Positions 24,355 through 38,549 of a stretch of 64,000 bases of DNA are shown in pieces. Under the pieces are notes generated by a model. It saw only the letters and a list, made by a program, of their open reading frames with translations. It searched no databases and had not been told where the DNA came from. The stretch is from positions 62,001-126,000 of the forward strand of contig NW_024055760.1 in the NCBI RefSeq assembly GCF_902713615.1, given 5' to 3'. Origin of the DNA: Scyliorhinus canicula (Eukaryota). Positions within the stretch are counted from its first letter, which is position 1, and the number at the start of each line of letters is the position of its first letter. Both the position numbers and the translations under genes were made by a program.

Positions 24355-25240
24355 TCTATTAAGGAACAAAATTCCAACAGGAAAAGTGACACAACCGTGG
24401 CGAACAAGGAAAGTTAATGATTCCGTTAGATGGAATACGAGATGGAATATAATGTGGAAAAGTGTGAGGTTATGCCCTTTGGAAGGAGGTATAGAGGCAT
24501 AGACTATTTTCTAAATGGGGAAATGCTTAGGAAATCAGAAGCACAAAGGGACTTGGGAGTCTTTGTTCACGATTCTCTTAAGGTTAACGTGCAGATTCAG
24601 TCGGCAGTTAGGGAGGCAAATGCAATGGTAGCATTCATGTCGAGACGGCTAGAATGCAAGAGCAGGGATGTACTAAGGCTGTATACGGCTCTGGTCAGAC
24701 CCCATTTGGAGTATTGTGCCCCGTATCGAAGGACTGCTGGCCTTGGAAAGGGTCCAGAGGAGGTTTACAAGAATGATCCCTGGAATGAAGAGCTTGTCCT
24801 ATGAGGGATGATTGAGGACTCTGGGTCTGTACTCGTTGTAGTTCAGAAGGATGGGGGGGGGGGATCTTCTTGAAACTTATAGGATACTGCGAGGCCTGGA
24901 TAGAGTGGATGTGTAGAGGATGTTTCCACTTGTAGGAAAAACTAGAAGCAGAGGACACAATCTCAGACAAAAGGGATGATCCTTTAAGACAGAGATGAGG
25001 CGGAATTTCCTCAACCAGAGGGTGGTGAATCTGTGGAACTCTTTGCTGCAGAAGGCTGTGGAGGCCAATTCACTGAGTGTGTTTTAGACAGAGATAGATA
25101 GGTTTTTGATCAATAAGGGGATCAGGGGTTATGGAGAAAAGGCAGAAGAATGGGGATGAGAAAAATATCAGCCATGATTGAATGACAGAGCAGACTCAAT
25201 GGGCCAAGTGGGCTAATTCTGCTCCTATGACTTATGGTGT
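24355..25240 (+). mobile_element. CR1 fragment with internal deletion
   Basis: MEYNVEKCEV, QRDLGV, LVRPHLEYC, 3' hairpin and cttatgg tail. Confidence 0.8.
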
Positions 25241-25249
25241 TATGGCTAC

Positions 25250-25673
25250 ACCCCGGCGTCTGTTCGGGTGCACTGAGGGAGAATTCAGAATGTCCAATTC
25301 AACTAACAGCATGTCTTTCAGGAAACGAGAGCAGCCGGAGGACACCCACGCAGACACAGGGAGCATGTGCAGACTCCACACAGACAGTGTTCCAGGCCAG
25401 GAATTGAACCCGGGTCCCTGGTGCTGTGAGGCAACAGTACTAACCACTGTGCTACTTAAAATTTAAAGTGCCCAATTTTTTTCCCAATTAATGGGCAATT
25501 TTGCGTGGCCAATCCACCTACCCTGCACATATTTGGGTTGTGGAGGTGAGACCCACGCAAACACGAGGAGAATGTGCAAACTCCCAACGGACAGTGACCC
25601 GGGACCGGGATTGAACCTGGGTCCTCGGTGACCTGAGGAAAAAGTGCTAACCACTGTGCCACCATGCCGCCCG
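25250..25673 (-). mobile_element. two adjacent V-SINEs (family E 25250-25452; poly(A)-tailed family C 25455-25673)
   Basis: V core on minus strand with the respective tails. Confidence 0.7.
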
Positions 25674-25759
25674 GATCCTGATACAGTTTGAAATAGTTAG
25701 AGAGTAACTAAGATGCACATGAATGGGTTCTTCCCTGGGGTGCCGGACGGTGTGAGCAT

Positions 25760-26060
25760 TGTTTAGGGGGGGGGCAGTGAATCACTCTCACGTGTTCTGG
25801 TCCTGCCCCAAGCTTGTTGGGTTCTGGGTCTCATTCTTTGAGACCATGTCGGAGATCGTTGTGGTCGAGCTGGAGCCGTGTCCACTGGAGGCGATCTTTG
25901 GGGGGTCAGACTGCCCAGAACTCCTTGAGGGAGGAAGGCTGACGTGTTGTCCGTTTCATTGTTTGTAGCTCAGAGACGAGTCCTGCTTGGACGGAAGTCG
26001 GTGATACTGCCCATGGCTTCGGCGTGATTGGGAGACCTAGCAGAACTCTCATGGCTTTAG
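25760..26060 (+). mobile_element. L1/Tx1-like ORF2 C-terminal fragment
   Basis: HSHVFWSCPKLVGFW...LEPCPLEAIFG resembles the zf-RVT region. Confidence 0.55.
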
Positions 26061-26064
26061 GTTG

Positions 26065-26590
26065 AACATGGGCAAGGAAACTTCCAGCTGATGACCACGT
26101 ACCGGCCTCCATCAGCTGATGAATTAGTACTCCTCCTTGTTGAACACCACTTTGAGGAAGCACTGAGGGTGGCAAGGGCTCAGAATATACTCTGGGTGGG
26201 GACTTCAGTGTCCATCACCCAGAGTGGCTCGACAGTACCATCAGAGACCGAGCTGGCTGGGCCCCAAGGGCCATATCTGCTAGAGTGGGACTGCAGCAGG
26301 TGGTGAGGGAACCACCAAGTGGGAAAAACATACTTGACCTAATCCTCACCAATCTGCCTACTGCAGATGCATCTGTCCATGACAGTGTTGGTAGAAGTGA
26401 CCACCGCATAGTCCTTGTGGAGACAAAGTCCCGTCTTCACATTGAGGATACTCTCCATCATGTGTGGCACTACCACTGTGCTCAATGGGATGGACTTTGA
26501 ACAGATCTAGCAATTCGGCCATCAGCAGCAGCAGAATTGTATTCAACCACAATCTGCAACCTCATGGCCTGGCATAGCCCCCACTCTACT
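26065..26590 (+). mobile_element. LINE endonuclease fragment (CR1/L2 group)
   Basis: YRPPS, GDF, GLQQVVREP..GKNILDLILTN, GRSDH motifs across frameshifts. Confidence 0.7.
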
Positions 26591-26925
26591 GTGATGTTCC
26601 TTGTGTAGTCCTCCAAGATGGCTAAAAGTTGTAGCGTTGACAAAGAATGCTATGTATTTGAAATAAAACTAGTTTATTTTACACTACTTCAAATGGTTCA
26701 CACACTTTACTAAATAATAGCTAATCAAACAACAGTATTAAATCTATGCTACAGAAATCTGTAATATATTTCTAATACAACTAACACATTATCTCAACCT
26801 TTCACTAATCTTCTCCCCGAACTCCTGGAGATACCGGCATTTATATGACTACTCTGGTGCCATCTAGTGTTGAGATACATGAACATCATCTTGTTAACCC
26901 TTTACACTCCTTACATATTACAACA
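26590..26925 (-). mobile_element. candidate solo LTR
   Basis: TG...CA termini, TATA (catataaatg) and AATAAA on minus; flanks ctac / ctaa give only an imperfect TSD. Confidence 0.4.
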
Positions 26926-28319
26926 CTAACCCAGGCTTTAACCCTTACTGCACCATGACTACAGCAGTCATACACACACTAACCCAGGCCTTTAACCCTT
27001 ACTGCACCAAATACCTATAATACTGTACAATCTATCTGAAATACACTCATCACAGGCCCATTGTCCCAAATGTCTAATTGACGTAATGAAATCCTGTAGA
27101 GTTCTCTCTGGCACGTATCAATATGTTTTGAAAAATAAACTACTTGTGTTATGTTTTCGTAGTGGCTTCAAAAGCTTGGAACTCAGTTAATGAAAAGGGC
27201 ACAAACTGACCCACAGCCTTAAACTAATACAGAAATTACAAAGTCATTTCAGATATAAAAGTTTTGCCAAGTGTTCATAAAATCAATGCTTAAAGGTGAT
27301 CAGTGTGTAAATGTTGAGAGAGCAAAATACACTATAAAATGAAAATGAAAAACGCTTATTGTCACGAGCAGGCTTCAAATGAAGTTACTGTGAAAAGCCC
27401 CTAGTTGCCACATTCCGGCGCCTGTTCGGGGAAGCTGTTACGGGAATACAGCATGACATTCAACGAATACATGTTTGTAAGTAATAGGAGTTAAAATAAC
27501 TAAAGAACTATGAAAACTGACTGGAGAACTTTAACTCTTTAAGTTCACAAGCCAAAGGTGGTCCTATACTGTGACAGAAAGTGACTGCTTCTTTCCAGAA
27601 ACTACAAGTTAAAGGTTAAACTAATTTAAGACACACGATTGAAGGTTTGAAACCTCATAGTTGTTTTCTTCACACAACAAGACGTCGAACTGAAGTACAA
27701 CTGTTAATTATCAATGGCTGGAAGTTAACGGTTCCAGACCTTTGCTCATCCAACCTTTAGGGATTTGCAGCAGTTGTTATAAGAACTAGGAGCAGGAGTC
27801 GGCCATCTGGCCCCTTGAGCCTGCTCCGCCATTCAATGAGATCATGGCTGATCTTTTGTGGACTCAGCTCCACTTTCCGGCCCAAACACCATAACCCTTC
27901 ATCCCTTCATTCTTCAAAAAACTATCTTTATCTTAAAAACATTTAATGAAGGAGCCTCAACTGCTTCACTGGACATGGAATTCCATAGATTCACAACTCT
28001 TTGGGTGAAGAAGTTCCTCCTAAACTGAGTCCTAAATCTACTTCCCCTTATTTTGAGGCTCTGCCCCCTAGTTCTGCTGTTCTGTAATTAAACCATTAAA
28101 GAGTAACTTTGTCCTGGCCTCGGGCCATGGGATGTATTTCACTTGTCCAGTTTGACAGGAAGAATAGGAGAAACAATATTCTTGTGATCTTATGAGACAA
28201 AGTCCCATCTTCACGCTGAGGATACTCTCCATTGTCCTGTGTGACACATCAGCAGCTTAATATTCAACCATAATCTGTAACCTCATAAACCGGCATATCC
28301 CTCACCACCATTGGGAACA

Positions 28320-29705
28320 CACAAAGCAAGTGTGGAATACAAGGGAAGTAGAAATAAACTTAAGAAAGGAGTTTGAAGGGCTAAAAAGGATCATGAAAAG
28401 TCATTGGCCAGCAGGATTAAGGAAAATCTCGAGGCTTTTTATACATATATAAAGAGCAAAAGAGTAGCCAGGGAGGGGGTTGGCCCACTCGAGATCAGGG
28501 GAGGGAATCTATACGTGGAGGCAGAGGAAATTGACATGGTATTAAATGAGTACTTTGCTTGCATTCACCAAAGAGAAGGATTTGGTGGATGATGAGTCTG
28601 GGGAAGGGTGTGTAAATAGTTTGGGTCATGTTGAGATCAAAAAGGAGGATGTACTAGGGGTCTTAATAACATGAAGGTAGACAAGTCCCCAGGGCCTGAT
28701 GGGATATACCCCAGAATACTGTGAGAGGCAAAGGAGGAAATTGCTGGGGCCTTGTGATAAATGTATCCTCACTGGCTCCAGGGGAGGTCCCAGAGGATTA
28801 GAGAATAGACAATGTTGTTCCTTTGTTTAAGAAGGGTAGCCAGGATAATCCATGTAATTACAGGCCGTTGAGCCGTACATCAGTGGTAGGGAAATATTTC
28901 GGAGAGGATTCATTGAGACACAATTTACTCCCACTTGGGAATAAGTGGACGTATTGGTGAGAGGCAACATGGTTTTGTGAAGGGGAGGTTGTGTCTCACC
29001 AACATGATCGAGTTATTCGAGGAAGTGACAAAGATGATTGATGAGGGTAGGGCAGTGGATGTTGTCTGCATGAACTTCAGGAAGACCTTTGACAAGGTCT
29101 CTCATAGCAGACTGGTTCAGAAGGTGAAGTTGTACAGGATCAGAGGTGAGTTGACACGATGGATACAGAAATGGCTTTGTCATAGAAGACAGGGCAGCAG
29201 TGGAAGGGTGTGTTTCTGAATGAAGGACTGTGACTAGTGTTCCTCAGGAATCAGTGCTGGGACCTTTGCTGTTAGTAATATGTACAAATGATTTGGAAGA
29301 AAATAACTGATTTGATTGGGAAGTTTGCGGATGACACAAGGTTGGTGGAATTGCGGAAAGCGATGAGGACTGTCAGACGATAGTGTAGCTATAGACTTGG
29401 GTGGAGAAATGGCAGATGGAGTTTATTCCAGACAAATGTGAGGGAATGCATTTTGGAAGGTCTGATACAGATGGGAAATATACAGTAAATGGCAGAACCC
29501 TTAAGAGTATTAATAGCCAGAGGGATCTGGGTGTACAGGTACACAGGTCACTGAAAGTGGCAATGCAGGTGGAGAAGGTAGTCAAGAAGGCATACGGCAC
29601 ACTTGCCTTCAACGGCCATGGCCATGAGTTTAAAAATTGGCAAGTCATGTTGCACCTTTGTAGAACCTTAGGCTTCACTTGGAATATCTTGTTCAATTCT
29701 GGTCG
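28320..29705 (+). mobile_element. degenerate CR1 ORF2
   Basis: RIKENLEAFYTY, DKSPGPDG, QHGFVKGRLCLTN, FADD with many frameshifts. Confidence 0.85.
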
Positions 29706-29717
29706 CCACATTACCAG

Positions 29718-30535
29718 AGCTTTAAGTTCCAGGGGGTCACCATCACCAACAGTCTGTCCTGGTCCACTCACGTTCAAGCAACAGTCAAGAAAGCCCAACA
29801 ATGTCTCTACTTCCTACGGAAGCTAAAGAAATTTGGCATGTCTGCATGGATTCTTACAAACTTCTCCAGATGTGCCACAGAGAGCATCTTATCTGGCTGC
29901 CAAGATAGCAATAAACTGCACTGTGGTGAACTCAGCCCAATGCATCACAGAAGCTTGCCACCTGCACATTGATTCTGTCTGCACTTCCCGCTGCCTCAGG
30001 AAGCTGACAGCATTATCAGGACCCCTCCCACCCAGGCTTTGCCTTCGTCCAGACCCTTCCATCAGGCAGAAGATACAGAAGTCTGAAGACCCGTACGTCC
30101 ACATAGATGCAGCGCAGTACAGGCCCTTCGGCCCTCGATGTTGCACCGACATGGAAAAAAAAAATTAAAGGCCATCTAACCTACACTATGACCTTATCAT
30201 CCATATGCTTATCCAATAAACTTTTAAATGCCCTCAATGTTGGCGAGATATAGGAACAACTTCTTCCTCACAGCTACTAGTCCCCTCAACGACTCTTGGA
30301 CTGATCTGTTCCCTGTAAGAACACTATTCACGATATTCTATACTGCTCTTGCTCATGTATTTGCTGTTTGGCTCTTGTTCCACACTGTAACCAATTACTG
30401 TTTGTCAATGTACCATTTGTCAATGTAGTCTGTCGATTATTCTTTTTTTGTCTACTATATATGTACTGTGTACATTCCCTTGGCCACAGAAAAATACTTT
30501 TCACTGTGCTTTGGTGCATGTGACAAATCAAATCA
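29718..30535 (+). mobile_element. Rex1/Babar fragment with a 148-bp 3' end of the young CR1 family inserted (30101-30248, minus)
   Basis: KKAQQCLYFLRKLKKF; insert nearly identical to the reverse complement of about 6545-6680. Confidence 0.7.
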
Positions 30536-31819
30536 AAGAAGTTTGTGGAGGCTTTGAAGACGGTACAAAAAGAATTTTCCAGGATGTTGCCTGGTATGGA
30601 AGGCATTAGCTAGCAGGATAGGTTGGAGAAACTTGGTTTGTTCTCATTGGAATGACGGAGGTTGAGGGGCGACCTGGTAGAAGTCTACAAGATTATACGG
30701 GGCATGGAAAGAGTGGACAGAAGGCTTTTTCCTTGGGTGCAAGGGTCAATTATGAGGGGGCATAGGTTTAAGGTGCAAGGAGTAAAGTTTAAAGGAGATG
30801 TATGAGGCCAGCATTTTGAACAGAGGGTGGTGGGAACCTGGAACTCGCTGCCGGGGGAGGTAGTGGAAGCAGTTACGATAGTGATGTCTTGACAAATACA
30901 TGAATAGAATGGGAATAGGGGGATATGGTCCCCAGAAGGGTTTTTAGTTCAGACGGGCAGCATGGTCAGTGCAGGCTTGGAGGGCCGAAGGGCCTGTTCC
31001 TGTGCTGAAATTCTTATAAGACTGGAGGAGCTGGGGATGTTCCTCATGTTTAAATCCCTCAGTAAAAGGCAGTGAAGCCCACACATGAACTGAGTCCACA
31101 GTTTTGAGGTCTTAAAGGAATGTTTTTTTCTGAAAATATTTTAATTACATTTTTCATTTTCACAAAAACAAAGCCATACAAATGAAATTCCTTCCCTTGA
31201 AGAGAAAAAAAAAACTCGAGATCACCCCACTCACTGACTGACCGATTCCTAAAGGTAAAAGACAATATTCGCCAGCCCTGGCCAGGACCCACTCGACAGC
31301 CCCCAGCACTTCCCCAAAGACGTGGCACTGACAAGCCCTTAGTTCCAGTCAGATCCCTCCCTCCAGCCCCCTCGCCATAACCCTGAAAAAACTTTCCAGA
31401 AAAACAACTCCCTCCTCTCTCTTACCCCTATCCCCCCACCAAACAAATAAGCTTGGCTCACTGAACCTTGCTCCAGCAGCTCCAACAAGCCGCAGCCCCT
31501 CTCCCCACCTCACTCTGTTCACTAGCTGACACTTTACAGCTAGCAAAGGTAACCCCCCACCCACAGTGTACGCTCAAAGAACAAAAACAAACTACGCCTC
31601 CCAGCCCATACCGGCTATGGATGAGCAACCAAAACCCAGCACACTGACAACACTTAAACTCCCCCAGGGGATCATATATTCCCCATTCCGTTGCCCTGAC
31701 CACCGCACCCCCTCCCCGACAACCATAGCCACCTCAATCCCAAACATACAACAGATACAAACTGCAGCCCCTCTCAAACCAACCCCTCCCAAACCACCCC
31801 ATTAAAGTCCCAATCAAAT

Positions 31820-32200
31820 CAATTTAATCACCCCAGTCCAGGGACCTGAGGACAAAACTCACATCCAATATTCCTCATCCCAGCGCTGACGGAGTGCTGC
31901 ACTGTCAGAATTTGTTTCAAGTAAGATGTTCAACTGAAGCCCTATCTGCCCCCCTACAGTCATGTAAAAGTTCAGGTGGCCACTATTGTGAATAAGAGTT
32001 GGGGATTTATCCCGTGTCCTGGCAAATATTTATCCCTCAATCAACATCACCAAAATCCAATCATCTGCTCATTATCACATTGCTGTTTGTGGGATCTTGC
32101 TTTGTGGAAATTGGCTGCTGCATTTCCTCTAACAGTGACGACACTTCAGATGCTCTTTGGGACATGTTGTGGTTATGAAAGGCGCGACAGAAGTGAAAGT
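31820..32200 (+). mobile_element. DeuSINE (SacSINE1/AmnSINE-like) remnant
   Basis: ggagtgctgcactgtcag...gtgtcctggcaaatatttatccctcaatcaacatca...attatcacattgctgtttgtggg Deu-type core; partial copy at 62405-62560. Confidence 0.55.
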
Positions 32201-32959
32201 TTTAATTTGAAGATTGATGCTATCTGATCCTCATTGATTTCAGCCACTCCCAACTTACCATTTAATAAATTTGCTTTGGTTCGGACAAGAATTTTAACCA
32301 ATTAAAGCAAAGGCAGAATTCTGGACAGTCAATGTAAAAAGGAGTTTATTAAAAGAAAAGGTTTACTGAAGACCTTGAAGACATTGTGTTTACAACTTTA
32401 AGGTGGTGATCAGTCCGTAGCAGCGTAACCCTCCCTGGCTCCTTCTTTGACAGTAATTTCCTTGGAACTCGGCCTCGAGAGTCTTCAGTACTTGGCCAGC
32501 AAGGAAGACCTTCGGAAACTCGACTTTTACCCCCAAAGTGACCATTACCTCATGTCAGAGTCGGGCCTGTGGTAACATGACCATTGGTTAATTGGGCACC
32601 AGTTTAATTTAATTGGATCTTTAATTACTGACATCACCTTCTCCCATTACCTTTGACAGGAATACAATTGAACTGTTTCATACTATCCCTTTATCTGATT
32701 CTGTACAATTCCTTATTCAAACAGTTTCAAAAATTGAGGCTAATCAGAGTTGGAAGGTCTCTCTTGCTGCTACATTTATCCTCATTGCACATTCTTTATA
32801 TACACAGCGATTAAGCTTTTACATTTTTACAACAAATAAAACTCAGACTTTTACTATAACTACTGATTCATTATTGTTTCATTAATTGTAACTTAATTAA
32901 GGATCACTACGTATTTCATCATCTGTTACAGACTCATAGCTAATTAATACAGTAATATT

Positions 32960-33185
32960 TAATTAATACATTTGATTGATACAAGATACACTGGTTCTCT
33001 ACTGCGTAGTACTACACTCAGTATGCTTCACACGGTGTCGCTATCTATATATTTACATTGTGTATTTATCGTATGTCCTGTTTTTTCATGTATGGAACGA
33101 TCTGTCTGGACTGTACTTGAACTGGACTGGACTGTCTGAACAATACTTTTCGCTGTACCTCGATAATAAATCAAATCCAAACTAA
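32960..33185 (+). mobile_element. Rex1/Babar-type 3' UTR fragment
   Basis: tatgtatggaacgatctgtctggactgta...aataaatcaaatccaa, reverse-homologous to 21420-21500. Confidence 0.55.
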
Positions 33186-33877
33186 GAGACAGTTTATTAC
33201 TTGTCTTCAGATTGAACAATGAGCCGCCTTAAAAATTAATTCATGGGAGGTGGGCATCACTGGCTGGACCAGCATTTACTGCTCATTCCAATTGCCCTTG
33301 AACTGCGTGTCTTGTGAGGCTATTTCAGAGGACACTTACAAATCAACCACAACATTGCTGTGGATCTGGAGTCACATGTCGGCCAGGCCAAGTAAGGAGA
33401 GCAGATTTCCTAAAGGACATGACTGAACCAAACTGCCTTTTACAACAATCGACAATGTCAACATTAGACTTTTAATTTGAGGTTTTTATTCAACATCTGT
33501 CACAGGCAGATTCAATCCCAGATCCCCAGAGCATTAACCTGGGTTTCTGGATTACTAGCACAGTAACAATACCATTACTCCACTGCCCAGCCACATAGTC
33601 TTGGCAGAATATGATGTCTTGCAATTTCTCAAAATTATAAAGTAATTTATTTTTTCAAACAAATTCTGATAGTTCTGCAGTTTCTGGAAACATTTTGGTT
33701 GATAATGTTATTTTTTTAAATAAAGATCGAGTCTTTGCAATATAATTACCCAATGCACCAATTCACTAATGATAATCAATGTTCACTACTGAATAATCAT
33801 GAACTTAATTATTGTTTTGTGCTATGAAATCAATACATAGTTAATTTGGAAAAGGTACAGAAGGTGAAATGGCTGCA

Positions 33878-36800
33878 GGAGGGTTTAAACTAATGTGGCA
33901 GGGGGATGGGAACCAATGCTGGAAGTTGGAAGGTAGTAAAACAGGGACAGAAACAAAAGGAAGTAAGGGGAAAAGTGCAAGGCAGAGAAGACATAGTCAG
34001 AAATCCATAAGGGCGACAGTACAAGGTACAGTGACTGAGGGGAGTACAGTGAATAGGCCCAGTAATAACAAAAGGAATAAAACTGGAGATGTTAAGATTC
34101 AAAACAGAGGTAAAAAAACCAACATAAGTGTACTTTACCTGAATGCTCGTAGTATTCGGAATAAAGTAAATGAGTTGGTGGCACAAATCATCGTAAATTA
34201 CTATGATTTAGTGGCCATTACTGAAACATGGTTAAAGGATGGTCACGACTGGGAGTTAAATATCCGAGGGTATCAAACTATTCGGAAGGACAGAGTGGAT
34301 GGTAAGGGAGGTGGTGTTGCTCTGTTATTTAAGGATGACATCCGGGCAATAGTAAGGGATGACATCGGTGCTATGGAGGATAAGGTTGAATCCATTTGGG
34401 TGGAAATCAGGAATAGTAAGGCGAAAAAGTCACTGATAGGAGTAGTCTATCGGCCACCAAATAGTAACGAGATGGTGGGGCAGGCAATAAACAAAGAAAT
34501 AACTGATGCATGTAGAAATGGTACAGCAGTTATCATGGGGGATTTTAATCTACATGTCGATTGGTTTAACCAGGTCGGTCAAGGCAACCGTGAGGAGGAG
34601 TTTATAGAATGTATCCGCGATAGTTTCCTAGAACAGTATGTAATGGAACCTACGAGGGAACAAGCGGTCCTAGATCTTGTCCTGTGTAATGAGGCAGGAT
34701 TGATTCATGATCTCATAGTTAGGGATCCTCTCGGAAGGAGCGATCACAATATGGTGGAATTTAAAATACAGATGGAGGGTGAGAAAGTAAAATCAAATAC
34801 TAGTGTTTTGTGTTTAAACAAAGGAGATTACAAGGGGATGAGAGAAGAACTAGCTAAGGTAGACTGGGAGCTAACACTTTATGGTGGAACAGTTGAGGAA
34901 CAGTGGAGAACCTTCCAAGCGATTTTTCACAGTGCTCAGCAAAGGTTTATACCAACAAAAAGGAAGGACGGAAGAAAGAGGGAAAATCGACCGTGGATAT
35001 CTAAGGAAATAAGGGAGAGTATCAAATTTAAGGAAAAAGCATATAAAGTGGCAAAGATTGCTGGGAGATTAGAGGACTGGGAAATCTTTAGGGGGCAACA
35101 GAAAGCTACTAAAAAAGCTATAAAGAAGAGTAAGATAGAGTATGAGAGTAAACTTGCTCAGAATATAAAAACAGACAGTAAAAGTTTTTACAAATATATA
35201 AGACAAAAAAGAGTGGCTAAGGTAAATATTGGTCCTTTAGAGGATGAGAAGGGAGTTTTAATAATGGGAAATGAGGAAATGGCTGAGGAACTGAACAGGT
35301 TTTTTGGGTCGGTCTTCACAGCGGAAGACACAAATAACATGCCAGCGACTGATAGAAATGAGGCTATGACAGGTGAGGACCTTGAGAGGATTGTTATCAC
35401 TAAGGAGGGAGTGATGGGCAAGCTAATGGGGCTAAAGGTAGACAAGTCTCCTGGCCCTGATGGAATGCATCCCAGAGTGCTAAAAGAGATGGCTAGGGAA
35501 ATTGCAGATGAACTAGTGATAATTTACCGAAATTCACTAGACTCTGGGGTGGTCCCGGTGGATTGGAAATTAGCAAACGTGACGCCACTGTTTAAAAAAG
35601 GAGGTAGGCAGAAAGCAGGAAATTATAGGCCAGTGAGTTTAACTTCGGTAATAGGGAAGATGCTGGAATCTATCATCAAGGAATAAATTGCGAGGCATCT
35701 GGATAGAAATTGTCCCATTGGGCAGACGCAGCATGGGTTCGTAAAAGGCAGGTCATGCCTAACTAATTTAGTGGAATTTTTTGAGGACATTACCAGTGCA
35801 GTAGATAACGGGGAGCCGATGGATGTGGTATATCTGGATTTCCAGAAAGCCTTTGACAAGGTGCCACACAAAAGGTTGCTGCATAAGATAAAGATGCATG
35901 GCATTAAGGGTAAAGTAGTAGCATGGATAGAGGATTGGTTAATTAATAGAAAGCAAAGAGTTGGGATAAATGGGTGTTTCTCTGGTTGGCAATCAGTAGC
36001 TAGTGGTGTCCCTCAGGGATCCGTGTTGGGCCCACAATTGTTCACAATTTACATTGATGATTTGGAGTTGGGGACCAAGGGCAATGTGTCCAAGTTTGCA
36101 GATGACACTAAGATGAGTGGTAAAGCGAAAAGTGCAGAGGATACTGGAAGTCTGCAGAGGGATTTGGATAGGTTAAGTGAATGGGCTCGGGTCTGGCAGA
36201 TGGAATACAATGTTGACAAATGTGAGGTTATCCATTTTGGTAGGAATAACAGCAAACGGGATTATTATTTAAACGATAAAATATTAAAGCATGCCGCTGT
36301 TCAGAGAGACTTGGGTGTGCTAGTGCATGAGTCACAGAAGGTTGGTTTACAAGTGCAACAGGTGATTAAGAAGGCAAATGGAATTTTGTCCTTCATTGCT
36401 AGAGGGATGGAGTTTAAGACTAGGGAGGTTTTGTTGCAATTGTATAAGGTGTTAGTGCGGCCACACCTGGAGTATTGTGTTCAGTTTTGGTCTCCTTACT
36501 TGAGAAAGGACGTACTGGCGCTGGAGGGTGTGCAGAGGAGATTCACTAGGTTAATCCCAGAGCTGAAGGGGTTGGATTATGAGGAGAGGTTGAGTAGACT
36601 GGGACTGTACTCGTTGGAATTTAGAAGGATGAGGGGGGATCTTATAGAAACATTTAAAATTATGAAGGGAATAGATAGGATAGCTGCGGGCAGGTTGTTT
36701 CCACTGGCGGGTGACAGCAGAACTAGGGGGCATAGCCTCAAAATAAGGGGAAGTAGATTTAGGACTGAGTTTAGGAGGAACTTCTTCACCCAAAGGGTTG

Positions 36801-37028
36801 TGAATCTATGGAATTCCTTGCCCAGTGAAGCAGTTGAGGCTCCTTCATTACATGTTTTTAAGGTAAAGATAGATAGTTTTTTGAAGAATAAAGGGATTAA
36901 GGGTTATGGTGTTCGGGCCGGAAAGTGGAGCTGAGTCCACAAAAGATCAGCCATGATCTAATTGAATGGCGGAGCAGGCTTGAGGGGCCAGATGGCCTAC
37001 TCCTGCTCCTAGTTCTTATGTTCTTATG
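33878..37028 (+). mobile_element. second CR1 family, full ORF2 length with one nonsense codon (TAA 35684-35686)
   Basis: ORFs 33869..35686 and 35771..36934 are in the same frame; (ttcttatg)n tail; ORF1 end EGLN* (TAA 33891-33893). Confidence 0.93.
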
Positions 37029-38549
37029 TGAGAGGTATAAAAGGGCTTCCTTGACCTTGTTACTAATGACAGTGAATGCACTATGAAAATAACAATTTTA
37101 AAACTAAATGTGATTACACATATGTACTGACAGCTTCCAACATTACAACAGTGAATATGTTTGAAAAGTACTCCATTGGCTTTAAAACACTTCAGGAGGT
37201 CCAGTGGTAGTGAGAGGTTTTATACAAATGTCCATTTGTTCTAATTGTCCGCAAACTCGGATATATTACAATCGATTTCCTCACCAAAATCATTGATAAA
37301 GATTGAGTCTTAATTTTGTGGAATAACATCGTTGACACCACTTTGAATACTCTGTGAAACATGCACAATTATGTGGTTGTGATTTGGAATGCACTGTTTA
37401 TCAATGGTGCTGAAATCTCATTGGACTGTAACTTCCAAAAGGGAATTTGATGCATTCTGAAAAAAAAGTCAAACAATGAGAGTAAATGGATCGCCAAATA
37501 GACTCCTCTGTGCTCTAGGAGCCTTGTGTACATGAAAATGAGTGGTAATGACCTGGAACCTGCTGCCTATGAGGGTGGGAGATGCAGAAATGAGGGAAGG
37601 ATTTCAACATGAAATTGGATGAGCACTGAGAGAAATAAACCCACAGGGATTCGGGGACAGAACAGGGCAATGGACAGACTGGCTTCCTCCACAGGGAGCC
37701 GACACGGTCTCAAAAGGCTGAATGACCCCATTCCCCACCCTCCAGATGCTGTGATCTCAGGAGAGAAATTCAGCTACTCCAGTCACTCCAACTAACTGGA
37801 GTCACTCATCTCTGGTGCCATTCTCGTAAATGTCCTCTACACCCTCTCTAAGAACTTCATATCTTTCCTAAAGTGTGAAGCCCTTATATAGGGTTCCATT
37901 GCCGAGGAATAGAATTGAAAAGCACGGAGGAAATATTCAACTTGTTTAAAACGATGATTCGACGACACTGGGAGCTCTGTCAACATTGGTGCTCTCCATT
38001 TAGAAAAAGGAAATAGAGGCACTGGATAAGGTGCAACAAATATTCATAATATACAGAACTGAGAACATTTAACACATGGGAAAGGCTGGGGCTGCTTTTT
38101 TCTGGAAAAGAGAAGACTGATGGAAGTCTTTGAGATTATGAAGGGATTCAATAATCCCATAGGAATTTCAATAGACACCTCTTTACCCAGCGAGTGGTGA
38201 GAATGTGGAACCCGTTACCACAGCGAGTGGTTGAGATGAACAGCATGAATCCATTGAACGTAAAGCTAGATACATACATGAAGGAGAACTGAATAAAGGA
38301 GGTGCTGATGGGGGGGGGGGGGGGGGGGGGGAGGATATTGAGGGGTGGGTGGAGGCTCATGTGGAGCATAAATACTGACAGGCCATGGCTAATCTCAGCT
38401 GGTATGGGAATTTAACCTGTGCCATCCAGGCAACTGAGCTAACCGATCCAGTGTAAATCTGTCATAATTCCTGAAATATTAGTGATTGCCTGTCTCCCAC
38501 CATACTATCTAATGTAGTTTCCCAGTGCACCTCAGACAACTTGCCCCTC

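Noticed and set aside
32225-32950. ERV-like LTR on the minus strand
   Set aside because: CCAAT, TATA-like and poly(A) motifs are present, but termini and TSD could not be defined.
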